Below, in pieces: positions 24,407 to 32,938 of a stretch of DNA of 64,000 bases. Where the stretch lies: IMG/VR virus record IMGVR_UViG_3300036860_000131, positions 1-64,000 of that record; one strand, written 5' to 3'. Position 1 is the stretch's first letter, and every line of letters begins with the position of its first letter. The position numbers and the translations under genes were made by a program. This stretch comes from a virus. Under the pieces are notes generated by a model. It saw only the letters and a list, made by a program, of their open reading frames with translations. It had not been told where the DNA came from and did no database searches.

Positions 24407-24771
24407 GCGGGCGTCGGATCACCGGGCGGGTTTCTCAAGCGAAATTGCCTTCCGCAGATTTCGCAGACTTCCTGCTGCCAGTGCCAGCGCCTGTTCTCTT
24501 CGGCAAACTGTGCCTTTTGCTGCGGGGTTCTCAGGAAACCGCTAAGTTCCAGCGTGGACACCCAGCGTTTTCTGTGTTCTCTTCCAACGATGCCGCGGCA
24601 CCAGCGTTTCGTGTCTTTGCGCGGACGCGATCGCGGAGTTTCTGGGATGTCTCTGATAATCTTCGGGCCATCCCATCCGCGAATCTCAGTTGATTTTGGT
24701 CCGATAGGCATTGGGAGATTGGTGTTGAGCCTGCGGAGCGGGGCAGCGTGGAACAACAGGCTAGCACCCAT
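24403..24771 (-). CDS. hypothetical basic protein
   Basis: ORF with ATGA coupling to the next gene. The C-terminus contains CEICG. Confidence 0.45.
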   Translation of the reverse strand: MGASLLFHAAPLRRLNTNLPMPIGPKSTEIRGWDGPKIIRDIPETPRSRPRKDTKRWCRGIVGREHRKRWVSTLELSGFLRTPQQKAQFAEENRRWHWQQEVCEICGRQFRLRNPPGDPTPA

Positions 24772-24815
24772 CCATGCTGCCCTTTATCGGCCCGACTGTA
24801 GATTTGAGTATAGGC

Positions 24816-25289
24816 TCAAGCTGCAACCGGCGCAACCGTCGGCGCGCGCTCCTGCACGAGCCACTGGCACGGCTCATCGCCCAGCGTGCGCACAAGCTGC
24901 TCCTGGTCGCCGTCCGCGAGCCGCAGACAGCCATGCGTCGGTCTCAGCTTGCCTTGCGCGTTGAGGGCGCCGCCATGCGCCAGAAGGCCGCGCCGCCCGT
25001 TGCGCTCGGCGATTGCCGCATCCCCGCCGGTCGGGTCGAGCCGCACGACGGGATGCGGGCCGTAGGTATGAAGTGATAGGAGCACGCCGTTGACTCGCCC
25101 GGAATACGTACCCATCGGCAGATCGCCGCCGATGCGCAGCGGGTCGCGCTCCGGGTTGCCGTTCTGCGCGGCGTAGGCGTTGTCAGACTTGCCGTAGCAG
25201 GCACAGGCGAACAGGACGGTATCGTCGCTGAGAACTTCGAGCATACCGAGTTGATGGCGGTCGCGCGGGAGTGTGACGCGGACCAGCAT
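24816..25289 (-). CDS. YkuD-fold L,D-transpeptidase-domain protein (possible peptidoglycan-active enzyme)
   Basis: LLAHGG...LRPTHGCLRL matches the YkuD His / Cys (hGC) catalytic signature. Confidence 0.6.
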   Translation of the reverse strand: MLVRVTLPRDRHQLGMLEVLSDDTVLFACACYGKSDNAYAAQNGNPERDPLRIGGDLPMGTYSGRVNGVLLSLHTYGPHPVVRLDPTGGDAAIAERNGRRGLLAHGGALNAQGKLRPTHGCLRLADGDQEQLVRTLGDEPCQWLVQERAPTVAPVAA

Positions 25290-25672
25290 CAGAAGCTATC
25301 CCGCACGCCTGGGCGTATCTCAAAGTCTCCCGTGGCCAGTAACTCTGGTTCCTCGCCGGCTGCATCGGTGATTGTCAGCTCGTACTTGTAGATGACGGGC
25401 TTCGTCGGCCGCTCGACGGCGGACGTGTCGGCGGCCAGTATGTCGATCGTGCCGATACCCGCGGGCGCGTCGGTCATCTCGATTCCATCCCCGCTGTCAC
25501 TGGTCCGGGTGAACAGGATTTCACTATCAGAGGAACTGTACGATGGCTTGACGGTGAACCAGAGCTTCCCGCCCAGCGCGACCGGATCGAGCGGCGCCCC
25601 GAGCGCGTTCACGAGCGTCATCCCCAACTGCTCATGCCGCTGCCAGTAGATGTAGAGATTCCGTATCAGCAT
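25289..25672 (-). CDS. small beta-rich fibre-associated protein
   Basis: Alternating pattern KLWFTVKPS...ILFTRTS...GTIDILAADT...YKYELTITD typical of Ig-like phage fibre/baseplate accessory domains. Confidence 0.5.
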   Translation of the reverse strand: MLIRNLYIYWQRHEQLGMTLVNALGAPLDPVALGGKLWFTVKPSYSSSDSEILFTRTSDSGDGIEMTDAPAGIGTIDILAADTSAVERPTKPVIYKYELTITDAAGEEPELLATGDFEIRPGVRDSF

Positions 25673-27282
25673 GTGCGCTCAATCTCGGCGTATGGCATTG
25701 TGAACCTGACAGCACTTTCAAGTGGCGAGAGCAGACCGGTAGCGGTGAATAGCGTGAGCCGTGCGCAGCCGCCGCGCCAGCCCGGCTGACCGCCCCGAAG
25801 ATAGGCCGCGAGCGAGTCACTGACCGAGAGGATGGAATTACCTTCAAGGTACGCGAAGGTGAAGTGCGCGACGCTTTCATGTGTACGGGCGTAGGCCGGC
25901 TGCTGTGGCGCCAGCGGTTCGAGGACGTACAGGAAAGCAGCCTTCGCGTCGGTCACAATCTCGGCCGCCATGACGAAAGCTGTCTGGGAGTCGGAGATGG
26001 CCTGGAGCGCTGAAAGGTAGGCTGCCTGGGCGTCGACCAGCGCCTCCTGCGCGGCTGTGGACGCGGATTGAGCGTCCGCCACGGACTCGGATCCGACCAA
26101 GTATCCGGACTGCGCGTCGGCGACCGGCTCGAGCGTGGCGAGGTACGCAGCCTGCGCGTCCGCCACCGCCTCCGCTGCGAGTATTAATGCCGCCTGGGCG
26201 TCGGCGACCGTCTCCAGCGCTGCGGTATACGCCGCCTGCTGATCCAGCGCGCCCTCAACGGCGGCGACAAACCCCGCCTGCTGCAACGCCAGGCTCTCTC
26301 GCGCTCCCAGGAAGGCCGGTTGCGAGTCGGCAATGGACTCGTGGCCGGCGAGGAATCCCGGATGCTGCCGGGTGATTATCTCCAAACCTGCGAGGTATAC
26401 CGCCTGCTGTACAGCCAGGCTCTCGAGCGCGGCCAGGAATCCGAACTGCTGCGCGATGGCGCCCTCGACGGCGGCCAGGTACGCCGGCTGCTGCGCGGCC
26501 AGGGTTTCGAGCGCGTCCAAATACGCCGGGTTGCTGTCGGCCAGTGCTTCGAGCGCCGCCAGGAATCCAGGCTGTTGCTCAATGACGCTCTCAAGGGCTG
26601 CAAGGTATGCAGCTTGCTGTGCCGCCACGGACTGAAGCGCCGCGAGATAAGCCGGTTGCTGGTCGGCGGCACCCTCGATTGCGCTCAGGTAGAGCGGCTG
26701 TTGGGCAGAGAGCGATTCGAGAGCGTCGAGGTACGCTGGCTGATTGTCGGAAAGAGCTTCGAGGGTAGTGAGGTAGGCTGCCTGCTGGAGAGCTAGAGAT
26801 TCAAGCCCGGCAAGATAGGCCGACTGTTGCCGCGCGACGGCTTCCAGCGAAGACAGGAACGCCGCTTGCTGCGCGGCGACGGCTTCATGTGCGACGAGGA
26901 AGCCGGACTGCTGCGCCGCCATCGATTCGAGCGTCGCCAGGAAAGAAGATTGTTGGTCCGCGATGGCTTCCAGCGTCGTGAGGTATGCTGGCTGCTGAGC
27001 CGCAATCGCTTCCAGGGCATCAAGGAACGCCGCGGTCGCGTCCGTGACTGCTTCATGGGCCGCCAGGTAGCTCGGCTGTGCATCGGCGACATTCTCATGC
27101 CCAGCGACAAACAGTGACCGCTGTACTGCGGCGGCTTCCTTGGCGGCAAGAAAGGAAGACTGCGCATCGGCGAGGGATTCCAGTGCATCCACAAATGCAG
27201 CCTGAGCCGCACTAATCGACTCGGCACCGGCGACTGGAATGCCGTGCGCCAGGAACGGACTGCGCCGCTGGAAGAAACTCAT
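25666..27282 (-). CDS. repeat fibre protein: 32 in-register 14-residue repeats plus a ~60-aa C-terminal domain
   Basis: Units such as PAYLAALQSVAAQQ / AAYLAALESVIEQQ / PGFLAALEALADSN read without any indel from residue 28 to 475. Confidence 0.7.
   Translation of the reverse strand: MSFFQRRSPFLAHGIPVAGAESISAAQAAFVDALESLADAQSSFLAAKEAAAVQRSLFVAGHENVADAQPSYLAAHEAVTDATAAFLDALEAIAAQQPAYLTTLEAIADQQSSFLATLESMAAQQSGFLVAHEAVAAQQAAFLSSLEAVARQQSAYLAGLESLALQQAAYLTTLEALSDNQPAYLDALESLSAQQPLYLSAIEGAADQQPAYLAALQSVAAQQAAYLAALESVIEQQPGFLAALEALADSNPAYLDALETLAAQQPAYLAAVEGAIAQQFGFLAALESLAVQQAVYLAGLEIITRQHPGFLAGHESIADSQPAFLGARESLALQQAGFVAAVEGALDQQAAYTAALETVADAQAALILAAEAVADAQAAYLATLEPVADAQSGYLVGSESVADAQSASTAAQEALVDAQAAYLSALQAISDSQTAFVMAAEIVTDAKAAFLYVLEPLAPQQPAYARTHESVAHFTFAYLEGNSILSVSDSLAAYLRGGQPGWRGGCARLTLFTATGLLSPLESAVRFTMPYAEIERTC
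25858..27201. repeat. 42-bp tandem coding repeat (32 units)
   Basis: Periodicity read from the translation. Several other frames on both strands are also stop-free across the array, which explains track ORFs 26320-26796, 26333-26635, 26376-26672, 26793-27227 and 26827-27117. Confidence 0.85.
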
Positions 27283-27283
27283 G

Positions 27284-27967
27284 CTATCTCGCTAGACCGG
27301 GGGCGAATGGACGGGGACGGGTGGCCCTAGAAAGGTAGACGTGAGATCCCGGCCCCCAGGATGCTAAAGCCAATAGATCAAAATTGGACGTTGACCAATC
27401 TACGGCGACAGCTAAGGCAGAGTTAGCACTGGCGAAGTTGTCACTCGCCCCAGTAGCGCTAGATGCTTCAACGTCAGCGTCATAGTTCTCCGTAATACCC
27501 GTCCAAGCCGCCGTAGAAGCGGCGTTTGCTGTGGTCGAGACACCGACCACAAAGCCGCCCGCCGCAACTGCTATTGTGGCAGAAGGATCAGTAACAGAGG
27601 ATGTCTTGGTATCGGTAAGCACTGGCGCGGCATCCGTGCTGTATGCGCCGATGAACGCCCGAAGCATCGTAGTGCTGAATACAACGACGATGTCTCCAGT
27701 GGTACCGGTTGGAACGCTCGCTATCGCCAGCCCTACACAATGAGAGTTAGGGCTATCGTTTCTTGTAACCTGAACCGCGATGCTCGCCGTGACTCCGCCA
27801 ACAGTAACGCTGGTGATCGATGAATCAATTGAGCCAACGCGGCCCATTACAGCTACGATGATGTAACGTCCCGCCGCCGCAGCGCCGAGGTTTTGAGATG
27901 CAAATGTATATGTTTGGAGATCGGATGCGCTGCTAGCTGTTTGAAGAAATGTGACTAAGACCGCCAT
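27284..27967 (-). CDS. Ser/Thr/Ala-rich hypothetical fibre-region protein (lower GC)
   Basis: ORF with beta-rich, S/T/A-rich composition. Confidence 0.55.
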   Translation of the reverse strand: MAVLVTFLQTASSASDLQTYTFASQNLGAAAAGRYIIVAVMGRVGSIDSSITSVTVGGVTASIAVQVTRNDSPNSHCVGLAIASVPTGTTGDIVVVFSTTMLRAFIGAYSTDAAPVLTDTKTSSVTDPSATIAVAAGGFVVGVSTTANAASTAAWTGITENYDADVEASSATGASDNFASANSALAVAVDWSTSNFDLLALASWGPGSHVYLSRATRPRPFAPGLAR

Positions 27968-27971
27968 AAGA

Positions 27972-28688
27972 CTAGCGTATTTTCTCGCCTACCGATTGCC
28001 CGCCACCCGTCGAGAATCCGAGGTAATTGTTAAACTGCTGAAAGTCCCACGTCAATACCACTAATCCAGGAGCCCCCGGACCACCGTTGCGACTGGAGTT
28101 GCTGCGATAACCGCCGCTGCCGCCACCAGCATAGTTGGCGCCAGTCAACCCAACTGCGTTCGCCGTGCCGACGCCTGCGCCACCGTCGCCGCCATTATCT
28201 GCCGTGCCCGTTCCCGCAGTCCCGCCGCTTGCCGATCCGCCATTGCCGCTTGTGCCCGCACCACCCCCACCTCCGCCTGACTTCGTGCTAGTAACGCCGA
28301 CTGCGCCGTCGCCGCCTTTCTGGACGCGATCACCAATACTCGCGCCGCTGGAACCCGCTGCCGGTGTACCGCCGCTGTTCAGTGGACCGCCCGCACCGCC
28401 CTCCGCGAAAACAGTGGAAGAAGTACTGAACCAGGATGGATCACCTTGGGAACCGGCGCCAGCCCCGCCCGCTTTTGCTGCCGCAACCGTGACGGTGTAG
28501 ACCGTTCCGGCCGTGACTGGGATTTGCTTTCTCGCGTAGGTCCCACCCGCACCACCACCACCGCCGTTGTTATTCGTGCTTGCACCGCCGCCTGCTCCGC
28601 CACCGCCCCAGCATTCTGCGAGAACCCAGCGGATACCCGCTGGACATGTCCACGTGCCGGTGACGGTGAATGTTTGCGTTGACGCCAT
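27972..28688 (-). CDS. glycine-rich domain protein (phage fibre-associated type)
   Basis: FTVTGTWTCPAGI..VLAECWGGGGAGGG followed by long Gly-rich tracts, ending GAPGLVVLTW. Confidence 0.6.
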   Translation of the reverse strand: MASTQTFTVTGTWTCPAGIRWVLAECWGGGGAGGGASTNNNGGGGGAGGTYARKQIPVTAGTVYTVTVAAAKAGGAGAGSQGDPSWFSTSSTVFAEGGAGGPLNSGGTPAAGSSGASIGDRVQKGGDGAVGVTSTKSGGGGGGAGTSGNGGSASGGTAGTGTADNGGDGGAGVGTANAVGLTGANYAGGGSGGYRSNSSRNGGPGAPGLVVLTWDFQQFNNYLGFSTGGGQSVGEKIR

Positions 28689-28692
28689 CGCA

Positions 28693-29574
28693 TCAGTTCA
28701 GCGATTCGCCGTTGTAGTTGAGCCCGGTCGCTGTGTTCGACGCATTGCTGGCGCCGTGCTGAATTGTGAGCGAGAGCGCCGTGTCGGCGGTCAAGTCGAG
28801 AGTAGCAATGGCTGGCGTGATCTGCCCGCCTTGGGTCATGGGGGAAATTGCGGGAGCCCCGGTCGCGGAACCGATCGTCGGAGCTGTCGCTCCGAATACC
28901 CTAACTATGCCGTTCCCCATCACGGTCCCAGTCGCACCGTTTGACCGCGTCTGAACGATTACGTCTAGGTCCCAGTAGGCTGCGGTGAGGGAGATAAGTT
29001 GGGTAATCGCTCCAGTGATGCAGATGGCCGTACCGGCTACGCCGCCCCAGCGAAGACGGAAGGTGAGCGTAACCGTACCAGAGCCGAGAGTGGAATGCTG
29101 GCCCGAGGAGCGAATGCGCAGCGTCCGGCCGTCGTTCATGTAATTCGCAGGGATCGTGACGTTCGGGAAGAGTATCGTTTCGGACGCAGTACCACCGACC
29201 GCTGCGCCGCTCGCCGTGGCCCACCAGATCTGCTCCTGCCAATATTGACGGGAACATTTGATATCGAGCAGAGCCTTCAATCGCAGGGCCTCGGGCAGCC
29301 CAGGATCTAGACTCGCCGCCCGCCGCTCAATCGCCGCGATTTCATCCCGGACCTTACTGAGATAGGCTTGTACCTCGGGGAGATCGGTGACACGGGGATC
29401 GATGCCGGTTCCTTTGCACTTCTCGCACGTCCCGCCGCCTTTGATGCGGAGCATGAATCCCCAGCCGTCGCAGACTTTGCAGGGAGGCCCGAGCATTCCG
29501 TCGCGGTTTTTGGGCGGCGGCACCGCAATGCAAGGCGCTGCCATGCCGGAGAACTCAAAGAACCCTGGTCCCAT
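28693..29574 (-). CDS. fibre-like protein with an N-terminal CxxCxGxG zinc-finger pair
   Basis: CKVCDGWGFMLRIKGGGTCEKCKGTG, then a short coiled segment and a beta-rich C-terminal domain. Confidence 0.55.
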   Translation of the reverse strand: MGPGFFEFSGMAAPCIAVPPPKNRDGMLGPPCKVCDGWGFMLRIKGGGTCEKCKGTGIDPRVTDLPEVQAYLSKVRDEIAAIERRAASLDPGLPEALRLKALLDIKCSRQYWQEQIWWATASGAAVGGTASETILFPNVTIPANYMNDGRTLRIRSSGQHSTLGSGTVTLTFRLRWGGVAGTAICITGAITQLISLTAAYWDLDVIVQTRSNGATGTVMGNGIVRVFGATAPTIGSATGAPAISPMTQGGQITPAIATLDLTADTALSLTIQHGASNASNTATGLNYNGESLN

Positions 29575-29604
29575 GCTTATGCTCCTTATGCAACTGATGC
29601 AGAC

Positions 29605-31839
29605 TCAGATTAATGGTACTGTCGCTTCACGCCGCGCCAACACATTTGTGAAATCGTAGTAGCGCGTTTCCGAGAACGCCACCCCGGTCAGGTTCAGCGT
29701 ACAGGCGTTCTCTCCAAGCCATTGCCCGGCCTCGCAGTAAAGCGAGCTGTTCGCCATGTTGCCGATTGTGTCGCTGAAATATACCCGCATCTTCATTGGG
29801 TATGGAAACCCGCTGGTCACGTTTCCGGTGAAGGTCCGCTGGATGCTCGTCGTGGAATCCGTGACGTAGACCGAAGAGTTATCCTGTCGCGCCTGCTGAA
29901 CGAGAGACTCGATCGCCGTCAACTGCGCCGGGGCCATTTGCGGAGGCACATTGTAGAGAGCAATGTCTCCGATCTTTAAGCCGATATTGAAACTAGCGAC
30001 GTTGTCCGTCCAGCAAGCGCCAGTGCAATCCGGCAGGCGGATGTTCATCGCCCCTTCCCAATAAACCCATCGATAGCTTACCGGCGAGAACTTAGCATCG
30101 CCAGCGTTCCTGGGATCGGTAAACGGTATACCGGCCGACAAGGTATCTAGAGTTTCCTGTTCCTGGATAAACAGCGCGTCCGGGAACTCGCCCTGCAACT
30201 GCCGGAATATGTCAGCCGGAAGCGGGGAGCCACCGACCCATACCGCGCTGTCGACGTAGAAGATAGTCGCTCCCCAACGGTTTTTGGCATACGTGATCTT
30301 GCTCCGCAGGAGATCAGTGACTTCCTGAACCTGGGTGTTGTGGAATGACGTTTGTGCGCCGTTGCCGTCGGGGATGATGGACCATTGGACCCCCAAGGGG
30401 TCGTAGCAGGCATAGAAAGCCCCCTGGTATGGGACATCCACCTTGATGAAATAATCCTTGTAATCGTTGCTCACGTCATACTGGCAGGTAGGCGGGAGTA
30501 CGCTTCCCCATTTCAATTGCTGTGGTCGAATCGTCACGCCAACCTTATACCCGGCATCGCGGAATATCGCGAAGAGATCATCCGCCGTCGCCTGCATTTC
30601 TGGAGCGTAGCCGGAGGCAAAGGCTCGCGGGTCGCCGACGTAGGTCGTAGCGTGGATGAACTCCTGCCCCTCCAGATCCCAGACGATGATTCCCTGGGGC
30701 CGGACCGGGCGCGCGTTCATCTGGTCACGGATCTGCGTCGCCTTAGCCAGAGCGAGGCTGCGAAACGTGGGGATGTCCGCCACGTCGATGAGCGGATCTT
30801 GCAAGTAGCCGCGCGGATTGGTCGCGCTCCGCTTGCCCACGTCACCGATGAACCAGCTCATGATAGGACGGCGATCCGGCCAGTTGATGACGGGCGGATA
30901 CGCAGCGCGATAGTGATCGTAGGCTTCCGGTACAACCACCTTCATCGTGGAAGTCATGTCGGCGGTCATCCGCAGGACGGCCAGCATCGACTTGGATTGA
31001 CCGGGACCGATGGGAAGCAATAGCTCCGGTTGATTCTTGAAGTTATAAGTGAATCCTACCAGCATCGGGATGCTTGCGCCTGTAAACGGCGCATCGATCC
31101 AGAGAGCAAATCTACCCGCTCCGAAGTTCGCGTATCCGACCGGCTGCCCACGCCCGACCTTGAGGATTTTAGACGTGGCAGGATCGTATTGTGGTGAGGT
31201 GATCCCCAGAACACTGAAGAGAGCCCGCTCGACCGTGACAGAGGCGGATAAGTTGGCGATAGTCAAGTCGGCGGATACCGCATCGGTTCCGTACATTGAG
31301 AATGTGGCAGTGACCGTCATATTCGCCCCGGCGGCCGAGCACTGATGCGTTACGGTGTTCCCGCTGAAACTTTTCGAGCAGGATGGGGTGACGTTGTTCG
31401 TGAGGGTGCCATCCGCCGCACGAAGGTTAACCGAGGTGAGCATCCCCTCGCCGTAGACATAGTTGTAGTTGGTTCCGTTCCACACCAGCGTGGCGAGGCC
31501 ATTGCTGTTGAGGGTGTATGAGAGCGACGGCGGTGGAGGTGGCGGCGGCAATAGCGTCACCACTGCCGTGTCGGACCTGGGAGGGCTGCTCGTCGCAGCT
31601 TTAACGGTTACGATCTGCTGCGTGGGAATCGTCGCGGGAGCCGTGTATAGACCGGTCGCTGAGATCGTTCCTACCGCTGGCGTCCTGGACCATGTCACCG
31701 GATCGATATGACCAGTTTGCGTCGCCATGAACTGTTGAGTCTGGGACGCCGATAGGCTGACGGTCTTCGGGGAGACAGTGACAGAGTTAGCGGCAGTCAA
31801 CGACAGTTGGCACAAAAATACAAGTCCACGCATTCGCAT
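29605..31839 (-). CDS. secreted Ig-like-domain protein with a possible TIM-barrel glycosidase-like region (744 aa)
   Basis: Signal-like MRMRGLVFLCQLSLTAANS. Ig-like domain VTVSPKTVSLSASQTQQFMA...VTWS...GLYTAP. A Pro7 linker follows. Later IIVWDLEGQEF and WGATIFYVDS. The hydrolase call rests on motifs only. Confidence 0.5.
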   Translation of the reverse strand: MRMRGLVFLCQLSLTAANSVTVSPKTVSLSASQTQQFMATQTGHIDPVTWSRTPAVGTISATGLYTAPATIPTQQIVTVKAATSSPPRSDTAVVTLLPPPPPPPSLSYTLNSNGLATLVWNGTNYNYVYGEGMLTSVNLRAADGTLTNNVTPSCSKSFSGNTVTHQCSAAGANMTVTATFSMYGTDAVSADLTIANLSASVTVERALFSVLGITSPQYDPATSKILKVGRGQPVGYANFGAGRFALWIDAPFTGASIPMLVGFTYNFKNQPELLLPIGPGQSKSMLAVLRMTADMTSTMKVVVPEAYDHYRAAYPPVINWPDRRPIMSWFIGDVGKRSATNPRGYLQDPLIDVADIPTFRSLALAKATQIRDQMNARPVRPQGIIVWDLEGQEFIHATTYVGDPRAFASGYAPEMQATADDLFAIFRDAGYKVGVTIRPQQLKWGSVLPPTCQYDVSNDYKDYFIKVDVPYQGAFYACYDPLGVQWSIIPDGNGAQTSFHNTQVQEVTDLLRSKITYAKNRWGATIFYVDSAVWVGGSPLPADIFRQLQGEFPDALFIQEQETLDTLSAGIPFTDPRNAGDAKFSPVSYRWVYWEGAMNIRLPDCTGACWTDNVASFNIGLKIGDIALYNVPPQMAPAQLTAIESLVQQARQDNSSVYVTDSTTSIQRTFTGNVTSGFPYPMKMRVYFSDTIGNMANSSLYCEAGQWLGENACTLNLTGVAFSETRYYDFTNVLARREATVPLI

Positions 31840-31863
31840 CTTGCCCTTCCTTCAGCCCTTCAT

Positions 31864-32412
31864 TCAGCTCACCATCACGCTTCGGTTGAGAGTGCCTTCG
31901 TCCTTGAACGCCTGCTCAGACTCCGGCGGTCCGATCATGCACGGGAGCCACTGATCGCGCCACCATTCCTCGTAAAGACCGGTGGCGTGAATCTTCAGAA
32001 CCTTGATCCGCATGCGCCCGCTCCGCTCATCGCGTTTCGGCCAGCAGATCGCGAGAGCCTGGATGCCGGAACGCGGCGCTTTGCGATTGCCGACTCCCTT
32101 GTAGGAAACGACCTGAGCCTCAAAGTAGCCGTAGGCACCAGCATCGTCGTCGGCGCGGAACCATCGGCCGTTGCAGAACAAAGCCAGCGCCTTGATGCGC
32201 ACGCGCGTCTCGTTGCACCGCGTCATCAACCGCCGCCAGTCGGACATCGGGTGCGGCTCGTCGTTCGGCAGCATCACGGTCGGGCCGCTGCTGCCCATCC
32301 AGGACGGCCGCCCGACGATTACCGCACCGTCATCGAGACGTGCGACCCAGCGCGGACCGCCGACGCCATCCGGCGGCGCGTCTTGCAAGCCGCCCTTGCT
32401 GATGATCTGCAT
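31864..32412 (-). CDS. hypothetical protein
   Basis: ATG at 32412 abuts the upstream stop. An alternative ATG lies at 32439. Confidence 0.5.
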   Translation of the reverse strand: MQIISKGGLQDAPPDGVGGPRWVARLDDGAVIVGRPSWMGSSGPTVMLPNDEPHPMSDWRRLMTRCNETRVRIKALALFCNGRWFRADDDAGAYGYFEAQVVSYKGVGNRKAPRSGIQALAICWPKRDERSGRMRIKVLKIHATGLYEEWWRDQWLPCMIGPPESEQAFKDEGTLNRSVMVS

Positions 32413-32624
32413 CACGTCTCCGTAGCATGCCAGTTCCAACCGCTTATTTCGATGTGACGAAACTTGGCCATGTTAGATGTCAGGTCCTCATCATCAGTTC
32501 TCGGATCGACCCAGCCAAGGAACTCATCGGTAAATGAGCCTCGGACGCAGCAGTCATCGAAGACCACCCTGTAGATGTTTCCGACAACCAAATCTTTCAG
32601 AGCAATAGCCGTTAGTTCTGCCAT
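32412..32624 (-). CDS. hypothetical protein (70 aa)
   Basis: ORF only. Confidence 0.45.
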   Translation of the reverse strand: MAELTAIALKDLVVGNIYRVVFDDCCVRGSFTDEFLGWVDPRTDDEDLTSNMAKFRHIEISGWNWHATET

Positions 32625-32629
32625 GGACC

Positions 32630-32938
32630 TCAGCTCTGGAGTAGCGCCTTGAGTTTGGCGTCGAGCGCCGCCGCTGGATTCGGCGCCGGCGCGAGGCTCG
32701 CCTTGAACGCGGCCGGATCGAATCCTTCGAGCTTATTCGCCTTGAAAACGGCGATGGCTTCGTCATCCGATAGCGTCTTGCTCAGCAGTTTTGCGAGCAC
32801 TGTCGAGATGTTCTCGGGCGGATCGAGGCTTCTGATTTCTCCCGCCAAATCGTTCCGCTGCGCGTCGCTCATGGACTCGCCGCGGGCAACCGCACGCAAG
32901 ATGCGGTCGCTATAGAATGCGCACTGTTCTGGTGTCAT
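32630..32938 (-). CDS. hypothetical protein (start at 32938 or 32989)
   Basis: ORF only. The ATG at 32938 is back-to-back with the plus-strand ATG at 32937. Confidence 0.45.
   Translation of the reverse strand: MTPEQCAFYSDRILRAVARGESMSDAQRNDLAGEIRSLDPPENISTVLAKLLSKTLSDDEAIAVFKANKLEGFDPAAFKASLAPAPNPAAALDAKLKALLQS

Noticed and set aside
25858-27201. Possible CRISPR array or non-coding satellite, given the regular 42-bp periodicity
   Set aside because: There is no alternation of identical repeats with unique spacers. The period is an exact multiple of 3, and the array is in frame inside a long ORF with a conserved amino-acid pattern.
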